From contig JBDHDE010000035.1 in assembly GCA_039591655.1 (NCBI GenBank), forward strand, positions 17,247-81,246: DNA of 64,000 nt, in the 5' to 3' direction. The stretch is from Gemmatimonadota bacterium (GTDB lineage: Bacteria; Gemmatimonadota; Gemmatimonadetes; Gemmatimonadales; GWC2-71-9). The notes under the pieces were generated by a model. The model ran no database searches. It saw only the letters and a program-made list of their open reading frames with translations, and was not told the origin of the DNA. Below, piece after piece: positions 55,154 through 64,000 of the stretch (positions are counted from its first letter, which is position 1; every line of letters starts with the position of its first letter). Both the position numbers and the translations under genes were made by a program.

Positions 55154-56206
55154 TCAAGGGAACGATACGCGCACCGGTGTATAACTAGAACTCGTCGTGC
55201 CGTCGCCCAGTTGGCCGTAACCGTTGTCTCCCCAGCAGTAGGCGCTCCCGCTGCTCGTCACGCCGCAAGTGTGGCCCCACCCCGCGCTCACCGCCTCAAA
55301 GGTGAACCCACCGGAGACCACCACCGGGGTCGTGCGAGAGGTCGTCGTGCCATCGCCGAGCTGGCCGCTAGCGTTGTATCCCCAGCAGTAGGCGCTCCCG
55401 CTGCTCGTCACGCCGCAGGTGTGGTAAAACCACGCGCTCACCGCCTCAAAGGTGAGCCCACCGGGGACCGCCACCGGGGTCGTGCGAGAGATCGTCGTGC
55501 CATCGCCGAGCTCGCCGGAACCGTTGAATCCCCAGCAGTAGGCGCTCCCGCTGCTCGTCACGCCGCAGGTGTGGTTCTCCCCCGCGCTCACCGCGGCGAA
55601 CATCTCGACAGCTAGTGCCGCGTGGCCGGGCACACCGCGAGCCGCCGCCGTGATCACCGTTTCGCCCGGACCTATGGCCGTCGCCAGACCAGCCGTGTCC
55701 ACCGTGGCGACGCTCTGGTTCGAGGAGACCCAAAGAACCTCCACGTCCTCGACGGTCGAACCCAGCACGTCTTTCACCACGGCGCTGAACTGCTGCGTGT
55801 CGCCTATCGCAGCAAGGGTATCCGCTCTTGGAGTGACCTCCACGGTCGCAACTACTTGGCTCACAGCGAGGGAAGCTGTGCCGGAGATTCCAGCCGTTAC
55901 CGCCGTGATCGTCGCCGCCCCGTTCCCGACCGCGGTCACCAGCCCCGTACCATCAACACTGGCGACACCCGTCGCCGAAGATGTCCATGTGAACGTCTGT
56001 CCGTCGATAGTATTGCCGTTCGCGTCCTTTGCCACGGCAGTGCATTGCAGCGTCTGGCCGATCGCTCTGAGCGTGTGCACTGCCGGATTAACCTCCACCT
56101 GCGCCACTGCAGGGGGTTGTGTCGGGCCGCCTTCGCTACACCCAAACAGCAGCGGTCCAAATGGCAACAGCAGCAGACTCGCCCGAAGACAGCGGCGAAT
56201 GCTCAC
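55154..56206 (-). CDS. Lipoprotein with two Big_2 Ig-like domains and three RCC1/BLIP-II repeats
   Basis: LFGC lipobox; WTSS...VASVDGTGLVTAVGNG-type motif twice; HTCGVTSSGSAYCWG three times. Confidence 0.88.
   Translation of the reverse strand: MSIRRCLRASLLLLPFGPLLFGCSEGGPTQPPAVAQVEVNPAVHTLRAIGQTLQCTAVAKDANGNTIDGQTFTWTSSATGVASVDGTGLVTAVGNGAATITAVTAGISGTASLAVSQVVATVEVTPRADTLAAIGDTQQFSAVVKDVLGSTVEDVEVLWVSSNQSVATVDTAGLATAIGPGETVITAAARGVPGHAALAVEMFAAVSAGENHTCGVTSSGSAYCWGFNGSGELGDGTTISRTTPVAVPGGLTFEAVSAWFYHTCGVTSSGSAYCWGYNASGQLGDGTTTSRTTPVVVSGGFTFEAVSAGWGHTCGVTSSGSAYCWGDNGYGQLGDGTTSSSYTPVRVSFP
55194..55594. repeat. 150-bp tandem repeat (about 2.7 units) encoding RCC1 blades
   Basis: CCCAGCAGTAGGCGCTCCCGCTGCTCGTCACGCCGCA starts at 55231, 55381 and 55531. 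Confidence 0.92.
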
Positions 56207-56583
56207 TGTGTCCTCCCGACCGGCATTGTGCTCACTGCCGTCTCAACAATAGCGTTGTAGGCGACGTAGCTCACAGTGGGCTCACAGCGTAGCGCCGCCA
56301 ACGTCGCCGAGTCCAGGTCTGCCGAGAATCCCGACGTCACGGGGAAGACATAGCGAGGCTCAAAGCCATACTTGATGGCCAGGCGCTCGGTTTCAGCCGC
56401 CGCGTCAATACCGGAATGGAACATGACGAGGTACCCGGGCGCCCGTGGGTCGTACTCGCCAACGAGTGGCGCGGGGTCCGTGCACGCCGGCTCCGGCTCG
56501 GCGACTGGGGCCAAAGCGTCCTCGCAAGCGGACAGTACAAGCAACGCCGCCGTCACGCCGCGCAGTATCTGGGTTCGGTTCAT
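56203..56583 (-). CDS. Stand-alone peptidase inhibitor I9 (subtilisin propeptide-like) lipoprotein
   Basis: LSAC lipobox; PGYLVMF...YVF...GFSADL...LRCEPTVSYV. Confidence 0.7.
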   Translation of the reverse strand: MNRTQILRGVTAALLVLSACEDALAPVAEPEPACTDPAPLVGEYDPRAPGYLVMFHSGIDAAAETERLAIKYGFEPRYVFPVTSGFSADLDSATLAALRCEPTVSYVAYNAIVETAVSTMPVGRTQ

Positions 56584-56635
56584 AACGCTGTCTGCGACCG
56601 GACTGCTGGGCCGCTGTCTGAATCGGGCACGGTCC

Positions 56636-59600
56636 TCAGAAATCCAGCTGCAGGCCAATGCGAATGTGTCGTGGCTGTCCCAGCTTGGTCCACTCCCCAT
56701 GGAGCTGGTCGTAGGCAGCCCGTAGCGCTGTGATGTGCTCCTCCTGATCGTAGACCCCGTCGCCGTCTCCCCAGCGTGTCTCGGCCCGGCGCACGAGCAG
56801 GCAGCTGGCTTCTCGACCAGGGCCGGTCCAACCGCTGCAGTCCGAGAGGTCGATGGCCTCGAGAGTCTCGCCGTCCTTGACTATCGTGATCTGGCGGGCG
56901 CTCCCGGCATCCCCCCGGAGCCGTGTCAGCTCAGACGTGATCGTGCTCTGGAAGAACTCATCGTTGGTGGTCTCCCCAGTCTCGGCGAAGATCTCCACCA
57001 CGTTGGTGAAGTCGAACAGGTTCCGGATATCCAGGAATACGCTCCAGAGTGCGCCGGCCAGGCGGAAGCCCTTGGTGACTCGAAGGTCAAGGTCATACAC
57101 CCGCGGCATGCTCTCCGTGTCCACCGTACTGGGCACGGCGACAGGGACAGTTCGCCGTGGCGCCGTCCAGCCAACGCCGGCGTTGCGAAGCCTCTCATAC
57201 GGCAGCCCGCTGGCGAAGCGGAATTGCGCCCAAAGACCGCCGTTACGGAGGATCTCACCGTACCAGCTCCCGCGATGGAACGCGTCGGGGAAGCTCAATC
57301 CCAGCCAGCCGGCGATGTTGTGCTTCCGCGTCTCCCTGAAGCCCGACGTGCCGTCGGCGTCCTGGAGGCTGTAGGAAACCTGCCCTGCGAACCAGTCACT
57401 GTGGCGCCAGAGCACGCCGATCTCGAACCCGGTCACGCTGCTTGAGGTGTCGGCGTTGGTGAGCACCAAGCGTGGCGAAATCCGCCCTACCAGCGGGTCG
57501 AAGAAGTCAACGTAGCGGAAACTATGCTCGGCCCGCTTGCTGCGGGTGAACACCGCGAGGTCCAGCGCCAGCCCCGGGCCAAAGGCATGCCGCATGCCGA
57601 GCTCGTATAGAATCGTCTTGGCCAGGTCCACGTCCCGGCCGTTGGGCGAGGCCGTTGAGATGTTGATCAGATCCGCGTTCTTGTTGGCGAATAGCAGCGC
57701 GAAGTCGGGTGCCTGCGCCTGGTGCGCGTACGTGGCGCGGAGGCTGGTGCGGGAGAATAGCTGCCAAGAGGCCTTGAGCCTGGGCTGCAGCACGCCGTGG
57801 GACTCCGCCCGGGCGAACACGCTGTCGGCTGGGTTCGTGGGATCGTCCGGGTTGAAGTTGGGGTGCGTGAAGATCCGCAGCGGGGTGACGGGGTAGAGGG
57901 CACGGCTGTCGAACACGTCCCACCGTAGGCCGATGTCGAGCACCAGGGTCGAATACTCCACCTGGTCCTGGGCGAACAGGGTGTACCGGCGCGGCTCCTC
58001 GGCGTAGACGTTTTGGTCTGCCTGGTCAATCAGCCCACCGGCGAAGTGCTCGATGGCGGTGCTCAGGAGCTCCCCGCCCACCTTGATGCGGTGTGTACGG
58101 CCTGCCTGCCAGTCTGCCAGCGCGCGGACGAACCAGCGGCGCTCCCTGGCCAGTTGGGTGTTGGCAAAGCCGGGATCCAGCCCGGCGGTCGGGAAACCAC
58201 TTATGACAGCCCAGGGATTCTTGCGGTAGCTCTGGGTCATCCGGAGATCGCCGCGGTCCAGATAGGGCAGCCGCGTACCCCGGTTCACCCTGGTGTTCTC
58301 TACGAGCTGCTGCCAGTCGGCCTTGGACTCCAGCCGCGTGACTGCTCGGGAACCGGTGTCGGCCGAGAAACGGTTGAAGTCCACCACGAAGTCCATCCCG
58401 TCCAGCACGATCCCGCCGGTGGCCGACCGGTGCTCCACGTCCCAGGTGGGGTCCAGGATACCGGTCGCGGACTCATCGCTCTGGTACGAGACACTCAGAC
58501 CGAGGGCGACTTCCCGCGTCGCTCTCCGCATCAGCCGCTGCCGCCAGCTCAGGATGTAGGCCTGACTGGATGCTCGGGTGCCGTGATAGGCCCCCGGGTT
58601 GAAGCTGAGTGTACCCGGCCAGAAGCGATGCTGGTTCTGGTTCAGCAGCGCCGTGAAGGCTAGGCGGGAACCGCCGGCATAGCTCCACGCCAACTTGCCA
58701 AGTCCGGTACTGGCAGTGGTCCAGTCGTAAGGGAACCGCCGGCCCTGACAGGGAGACCCGTGGTTCTCGGCGGGGTCGCACTGCCCGCTGAATTGGATGA
58801 ACTGGGGGATGTCGAAGGGGACGGTGTCCACCAGACCACTGCCGATCATGACCACCGTATCCACTGGCCCCGGCACGAACGTGGGCAGGTGCTCCGCCCC
58901 GGTCCCCCGCAGGTCGGCTTGCTGACCCTGGAGCGTGCCGGCAACGAAGAAGCTGAGGCCCGACAGGAGAGGGCCGCCGATGAATCCTTCCATGCGGTTG
59001 AATCCCACCCTCATGCCGTTCCCGAAGGGCCCTTCCGTCTCGTAGGAAAGAGCCGCCCGGAACTGGCGGCCACCGCCCCGGGTGACCAGGTTGATCAGAC
59101 CCGATTGGAGATCCCCGAACTCGGCACTCAGGCCACCGGTCGTGACCGAGACCTCCTCGACGGCGTTAGTCCCCATGAGCAGGCGCTCGATGGCACCCAG
59201 GCTGCTGCGAACGGGCACCCCATCCACGTACACTCCTGCTTCTCCGGGGTGGCCCCCTCGCAGCACCAACCCCTCGGACGATCCGGACTCGGAGACGCCC
59301 GGCAGCAGCTTCAGGGCCTGCCGCACGTTGTCCACGGGGAGTTGGTTCACCGTCTCGCCGGTGAGCGTGGCCTTGGACGCTAGGACGCTGATGGGGGCGG
59401 CGGCCGGAGCGGTGTCGATCACCATGGCTTCCGTCACGGGGGTGATAGCGAGCCGCACATTGAGGCGCGTCGTTTCCCCAGCCCGGACTTGCACCCCATG
59501 AAACTCGACAGACCGGTGGGCGGGATAGCTAGCCCGCAGGCTGTAGGTTCCCGGCGGGACGGCGTTGAAAAAGAAGGACCCGTCCGCGTCGGTCTGAGCC

Positions 59601-59812
59601 GCGAGCCGAGTGCCCACGACGACGACTTCGGCTCCCTCAAGCGGCCGGTCGCCTGGATCGAGCACGCTGCCTGCGATCCTGCCCATCGCCCCCTGAGGCC
59701 ACAGCGCGCCGGGTCTGAGGGTGAACAGGATTAACGCGACAAGAGCGGGTAATCGGGCCAGACGCCTCGCCAGAGCGGACAGACGTGCCGGCTGGATCAG
59801 AGGATTGTGCAT
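56636..59812 (-). CDS. TonB-dependent receptor with N-terminal carboxypeptidase-regulatory-like domain
   Basis: Signal peptide; GRIAGSV...PPGTYSL, plug motifs LRGG and TGGLSAEFGDLQSGLINLVT, GLRWD, and terminal RIGLQLDF. Confidence 0.9.
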   Translation of the reverse strand: MHNPLIQPARLSALARRLARLPALVALILFTLRPGALWPQGAMGRIAGSVLDPGDRPLEGAEVVVVGTRLAAQTDADGSFFFNAVPPGTYSLRASYPAHRSVEFHGVQVRAGETTRLNVRLAITPVTEAMVIDTAPAAAPISVLASKATLTGETVNQLPVDNVRQALKLLPGVSESGSSEGLVLRGGHPGEAGVYVDGVPVRSSLGAIERLLMGTNAVEEVSVTTGGLSAEFGDLQSGLINLVTRGGGRQFRAALSYETEGPFGNGMRVGFNRMEGFIGGPLLSGLSFFVAGTLQGQQADLRGTGAEHLPTFVPGPVDTVVMIGSGLVDTVPFDIPQFIQFSGQCDPAENHGSPCQGRRFPYDWTTASTGLGKLAWSYAGGSRLAFTALLNQNQHRFWPGTLSFNPGAYHGTRASSQAYILSWRQRLMRRATREVALGLSVSYQSDESATGILDPTWDVEHRSATGGIVLDGMDFVVDFNRFSADTGSRAVTRLESKADWQQLVENTRVNRGTRLPYLDRGDLRMTQSYRKNPWAVISGFPTAGLDPGFANTQLARERRWFVRALADWQAGRTHRIKVGGELLSTAIEHFAGGLIDQADQNVYAEEPRRYTLFAQDQVEYSTLVLDIGLRWDVFDSRALYPVTPLRIFTHPNFNPDDPTNPADSVFARAESHGVLQPRLKASWQLFSRTSLRATYAHQAQAPDFALLFANKNADLINISTASPNGRDVDLAKTILYELGMRHAFGPGLALDLAVFTRSKRAEHSFRYVDFFDPLVGRISPRLVLTNADTSSSVTGFEIGVLWRHSDWFAGQVSYSLQDADGTSGFRETRKHNIAGWLGLSFPDAFHRGSWYGEILRNGGLWAQFRFASGLPYERLRNAGVGWTAPRRTVPVAVPSTVDTESMPRVYDLDLRVTKGFRLAGALWSVFLDIRNLFDFTNVVEIFAETGETTNDEFFQSTITSELTRLRGDAGSARQITIVKDGETLEAIDLSDCSGWTGPGREASCLLVRRAETRWGDGDGVYDQEEHITALRAAYDQLHGEWTKLGQPRHIRIGLQLDF

Positions 59813-60027
59813 GGGATCCCCTCCACTACTCGAGGCGGGTCAGCTCAGCGCCGAGGCAGTTCGGACGGAGGCCTGCACTGTGACGGCACCTGCATGCCCC
59901 ACGCTCAGTCCCTCCACCGCACCTGCTTCGCCTCACACAGCACGCCCTGGAGCTCGTTGAACCTGATGCCCCTGGGCTCCAGCGGCATGAGCGGGAGGTT
60001 GACGATCGACTCGGGACCCGCGGCGCG

Positions 60028-60504
60028 CTAATTGACCACCACAATGCCCGTGGGGTAGCCCGCGTTCTGGAGCTGAGCCCCCGTGACGACGCTCACGGTG
60101 CAGAACTCACCTAAACCGGTTTCGTCGAGAAGTAGCTGCGCGACCCACCAAGTGCCCGCCTCGCTGGCCTGCGGCACCACTACCCGGCAGTGCCAGAGAC
60201 CCACCCGCAGCGTGTCTGTGTAGCACCCTTCCCGGAGCCCCGCCGGGCTCTCGACTGTCACGCCTACGCCGATGACGCGGCTTGCATCGACGTTGAACGT
60301 GACGGTGTCGGGCTTGGCGCTGACGTGGAGCGTGTGGGGGATTATCTCGAATGCGCTGAGGACCGGATCGTTGAGGCAGAAGCGTGTGTCGTCGCCCAGG
60401 TGGTCGCAGGCGGCGAGCACGGTTAGCAGGGCGCAGAGTTGCAGCCCCGCTCGCACGCCCGATGTACGACCTTCGACCTTAAACCGGACAGAGCTTGTCG
60501 CCAT
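60028..60504 (-). CDS. Hypothetical lipoprotein
   Basis: VLAAC lipobox; beta-rich domain. Confidence 0.55.
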   Translation of the reverse strand: MATSSVRFKVEGRTSGVRAGLQLCALLTVLAACDHLGDDTRFCLNDPVLSAFEIIPHTLHVSAKPDTVTFNVDASRVIGVGVTVESPAGLREGCYTDTLRVGLWHCRVVVPQASEAGTWWVAQLLLDETGLGEFCTVSVVTGAQLQNAGYPTGIVVVN

Positions 60505-60566
60505 TGTCGGTTGGCCACCGTCGGCGGAGCACTATACAATTGTAACGTACGCCGGTAAGGGTGGTA

Positions 60567-63500
60567 ATGGTGGTGATCCGGATCCTCCTCGGGGCACTGC
60601 CCGGCGACCGGGCGCCTTTCTCGGAAGGCATTGGGCGTGTCGGCTCGCAGTCCACACGCTTTGCGGTACTCGTTGCCTTTTCGGTTGCCACCGCAGGTAT
60701 GCCCTCCAACGCACAAGCACAGGCGCCGAAGCTCAGGGCACAGAGCGGGTTTGACCTTCGGGCCGGCACCATTGCCGTACTGGACGCGAACCGCGTCCAC
60801 TGCGGCCTGGATGCCTATGGCAAGGTGTGCGCGGACATCTCGTCGATCGTTGGAGGCGGCTTCTGGCCAAAGGGTACTCCCGATCAGTACATCTTCAACT
60901 CTGGCCTCCAACTCGCGGCTCTCATTCCCACTGATGCCGGCTTCGAGTGGGCGGGCGATACCACCGGTGTCTTCTTGGTGGACGGGCGCACCCGACTGAG
61001 TACCGGAAAGCCCATCAGCGCCTTTTTTGACTCGCGGGACCCGTTGGACCTCGCCGACTGGCCCAGCGCAGCGGTGGTGCGGCGCATGCGGCCCAGTGCC
61101 GAGCTCCCCGATACCAGCCTGTACCACGACGTGCTGCTGGGCCGCCGCGCGGTCTCGGAGCAGGATCTGTGGATCCGCATATGGGATGGCACGCGACGAT
61201 CTCGGGAGGCCCGGGCACACCCAATGGGAGTGCTGGTGGAGCTCCGGGCCATGGTTTGGAACCACCCGTCCGGCAACGAGGACATCGTGTACCTGGTGTA
61301 CACGCTGTACAACATCACCGCTTCGGACCCCGCCGTGTACCAGCACCTCGACCCCGCGGTGCGCGACGGGATCGTCGACATCGGCCGACGGTTCCACGAC
61401 GAGGTGCGCGCGGCGCACGGCGTGGAGCTTCCGGCGGGCGGGTACCGCTTCGACGAGATGCATGCGGCCGTATGGATGGATCCGGACGTAGGTAGCTGGA
61501 CCAGAAACTACTCCACCGCCAACCTCCCGTTCGAGACATCGCTGGCGTACAAGGCAAACTTCGAGGAGCCGCAGTGGCGCTATCCGCCGGAGATCTTCGG
61601 GGCGCCATTCGCGCCCCATCCGGGTATCGTCGGGGCGAAGTTCCTCGGAACGCCGGAGCAAGCCGGGTTGGCGATCTTCACCAACTTCGGGTCAACTTCG
61701 ACGGGATTCCCGAACCCCGACGGCGTGGAGCAACTGTGGCGCTACCTATCCGGCAACGTAACCCCGGCTGCGGGCGACAACCCCTGTGACTTCCCCAACC
61801 CCAGGGAGCGCCAGTTATGCGTCCTTTGGGATTGGTACGGCGACACCTGGTTCCAACAATCCACCGGGCCGTTCACCCTCGGGCCCGGTGAGTTCACGAC
61901 GTTCGCGATGGCGTACGTGTTCGCGGCCCCGGTGAGGGATGCGCTCATCGCGTCGGGTGAGATCGGCGGTGCTCTCAAGCCGCTGATCCCGTTCCCGGGT
62001 GATTCGATTCTCAACAACACCTGCTCGGACCGGAGCGGCAGTGCGCTGCCCTGCGTTCGGGCGCTAGACAGCGTAGCCGGCTGGGTGAGTGCGTCCGACC
62101 TGGATGGTGACGGCAGCATCGAGCAGCAAGAAGTCCAGACCGTGCCGCGCTCGTTCCTCCACAAGGCGCAGGTGGCCCAGGCGTTCTTCGACAACGGATT
62201 CCTCACACCGCGACAGCCCGATCCGGTGAGCTTCTTTCCGGTGGCGGGCGACAACCAGGTCACGATCGTATGGGAACGCTCGGGAACCGAGCAGGCGGGC
62301 GATCCGTACTTCTCGATTGCCTCCGACCCGACGTCTGCGCTGTACGACCCCAACTTCCGGCAGTTCGACGTGGAGGGCTACCGCATCTATCGGGGCCGGT
62401 CGCCCAACGCGCTGGAGCTCATAGCCCAGTTCGACTACTCGGGCACGCACCTGGTGGACTACACCGGCTCCCTCGATTACGGCGACCAGTGCGCCCCCGA
62501 GCTCGGGATCCACTCGAGCTGTCCCGTCGACTTCGCCGGCGGGGAGAGCTACGACCGGCTCTTGGTCTCCGATGTCGTGCAGCTGAGACCAGGGTGGCGC
62601 GTGGAGTTCAGTCCCGGAGTCACCGCACCCCTCATAGCCGACACGGCGGTGACCGGCGGCGCGAGCGGGTTTCCCCGGCTTGCGGAGACCGAGGTGCCGT
62701 TCCTGTTCGTGGACGACGACGTGAGCAACGGCTTCACGTACCATTACGCGGTGACGGCGTTCGACGTGAACTCAATCCTCTCCGGCCCCAGCTCACTGGA
62801 GTCGCCGCTGGTGAGCCAGTCGACGATGCCGCGCAGCACGGCGGCCAACAAGGTGGCGGCCGATGACGTGACACTCGAGCTGATCGACCGGGACGGCAAC
62901 GCGCTGGACCCGGCGGCGGCGTATCCGACGATCGATGCGGCGACGGGCACGTTCAGCGGCCCGATGCCACCTTCGGGTGCCTTCGAGGGGCTGGGGGCGC
63001 AGCTGCTTGCCGACAACCTGGTGACCCCGGGCTTGGAGTCATTCGTCGAGGTCGACTCGGTGGTCCCGTTCTACTATCACGACGGGACGTACTACCTGCA
63101 TGGGACAGCGATGGGTATCGCGTCATTCGCCCCTGGGCTGCCGCTCGGACAGGAGGACGGCCCGGCGGTGATGGGCCCGATCGAGGGGCTGCTGGAGGCG
63201 AACTCGGCCCTGGCCGACTCGCTCGGCCTGGGTCCGGTGCCGTGGGCCGGTAAGTTCTCGGCGCAGGTCACGGTGAACGCGGTGACCTACCAGTCGAAGG
63301 ATGCCGACTGGCATCCGCAGGTGGAGGGGTTGTTCTTCGACCCGCAGGATCCGCCGCTGGTCGATGCCAACGGTGCGGTGGACTACGGTGGCTCCCGCTG
63401 GTTCGACGGAGCCAACGAGACGATGGCCCACCCGACCCTTCTGGGCGGGCACGGCATGCTGACGGGAGTCACGGCGATCTACTCGCCGGCGCCGTTTGCG

Positions 63501-64000
63501 CCGTGGGAGAACGCAGACGCCCACACGCGGCGTCCGATGCAGACGGTGTACCACGGGTTCCGCGCTGCGGACATGCAGGTGTACTGGGGTGCGCCGGGCG
63601 TGATCGACTCGGTCGTCGACATCACGCACAACATGTTGATGGAGTTCCAGCCGCAGAACCGCGTGGGTTGGGGCTTCATCCCGGACGCTTCATGCGCCGG
63701 CTGTAAGACGTTGCCGCCGACCCCTGACGGTCTCATGACGTATGAGGACTGGCCCCAGGGGGCGTGCTTCACGCGCATGGGCAGCTGGAATCAGACAGGT
63801 TGCGAGACGCGCTCGTGGGAGCCGACGATCACGGCAGCCGGTGGTCTCCTGCCGACCGACACCGACGGTGACCACACGAACGGCACTGAGGGTTCAGGGT
63901 TCGGCCTGTGGATCAACGGCGAGGTGTTCTACTTCAACGTTGCCGCAATGCCGACCAACGTGATGTGGACCCTGCGGACCTACATGGGTCAGGTGAACCG
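60567..64000 (+). CDS. Large secreted protein, partial (runs off the window end)
   Basis: The frame from ATG 60567 appears open to the end: no stop-terminated ORF in this frame is in the track, and I translated parts by hand. Signal-like AFSVATAG...AQA; NRVHCG, GGGFWPKGTPDQYIFNSG, HPMGVLVE, FDVEGYRIYR and NGFTYHYAVTAFD (Fn3-like). Confidence 0.8.
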   Translation, partial: MVVIRILLGALPGDRAPFSEGIGRVGSQSTRFAVLVAFSVATAGMPSNAQAQAPKLRAQSGFDLRAGTIAVLDANRVHCGLDAYGKVCADISSIVGGGFWPKGTPDQYIFNSGLQLAALIPTDAGFEWAGDTTGVFLVDGRTRLSTGKPISAFFDSRDPLDLADWPSAAVVRRMRPSAELPDTSLYHDVLLGRRAVSEQDLWIRIWDGTRRSREARAHPMGVLVELRAMVWNHPSGNEDIVYLVYTLYNITASDPAVYQHLDPAVRDGIVDIGRRFHDEVRAAHGVELPAGGYRFDEMHAAVWMDPDVGSWTRNYSTANLPFETSLAYKANFEEPQWRYPPEIFGAPFAPHPGIVGAKFLGTPEQAGLAIFTNFGSTSTGFPNPDGVEQLWRYLSGNVTPAAGDNPCDFPNPRERQLCVLWDWYGDTWFQQSTGPFTLGPGEFTTFAMAYVFAAPVRDALIASGEIGGALKPLIPFPGDSILNNTCSDRSGSALPCVRALDSVAGWVSASDLDGDGSIEQQEVQTVPRSFLHKAQVAQAFFDNGFLTPRQPDPVSFFPVAGDNQVTIVWERSGTEQAGDPYFSIASDPTSALYDPNFRQFDVEGYRIYRGRSPNALELIAQFDYSGTHLVDYTGSLDYGDQCAPELGIHSSCPVDFAGGESYDRLLVSDVVQLRPGWRVEFSPGVTAPLIADTAVTGGASGFPRLAETEVPFLFVDDDVSNGFTYHYAVTAFDVNSILSGPSSLESPLVSQSTMPRSTAANKVAADDVTLELIDRDGNALDPAAAYPTIDAATGTFSGPMPPSGAFEGLGAQLLADNLVTPGLESFVEVDSVVPFYYHDGTYYLHGTAMGIASFAPGLPLGQEDGPAVMGPIEGLLEANSALADSLGLGPVPWAGKFSAQVTVNAVTYQSKDADWHPQVEGLFFDPQDPPLVDANGAVDYGGSRWFDGANETMAHPTLLGGHGMLTGVTAIYSPAPFAPWENADAHTRRPMQTVYHGFRAADMQVYWGAPGVIDSVVDITHNMLMEFQPQNRVGWGFIPDASCAGCKTLPPTPDGLMTYEDWPQGACFTRMGSWNQTGCETRSWEPTITAAGGLLPTDTDGDHTNGTEGSGFGLWINGEVFYFNVAAMPTNVMWTLRTYMGQVN

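Noticed and set aside
55194..55594. Diversity-generating retroelement TR/VR pair
   Set aside because: The repeats are in-frame tandem coding units, differences are not adenine-specific (for example GGG vs TGG), and no reverse transcriptase is in the window.

Overview
GC-rich bacterial DNA, most likely Gemmatimonadota; this is inferred from the style of the Ser/Thr kinase-TolB-TPR, BTAD and TonB-receptor genes. The left 36.5 kb is mostly metabolic. It holds an M61 aminopeptidase, a broken mmuM, two Tat-signal DUF362 proteins, and an NADP-isocitrate dehydrogenase with a CxxC-x9-CxxC insert next to the active-site Ser. It also holds an aromatic amino acid lyase with Ala-Cys-Gly instead of Ala-Ser-Gly, a glycyl-radical activase plus HypD-type enzyme, a PurF lacking Cys1, type II ndh, idi, a sodium:solute symporter, and a 29-aa Arg/Lys-rich peptide gene missing from the ORF track. 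From ~36.5 to ~56.6 kb lies an accessory region punctuated by five co-oriented copies of a non-coding element (78-246 bp). The element is built around the 3' half of tRNA-Arg(CCG), cut at the anticodon loop, and is flanked by a hairpin, 10-bp-phased CGCTC repeats and 12-bp-spaced TGTGACA repeats. It looks like a tyrosine-recombinase attP site separating cargo modules, yet no integrase or intact tRNA is in the window. Two of the modules are strings of short ORFs with integron attC-like sites and no intI. One cargo gene is an ankyrin-ExbD-ExbD-TonB_C fusion. The window ends in a TonB-dependent receptor and a large divergent secreted-protein gene that runs off the end. All family assignments come from motif recognition by eye; no database searches were run.
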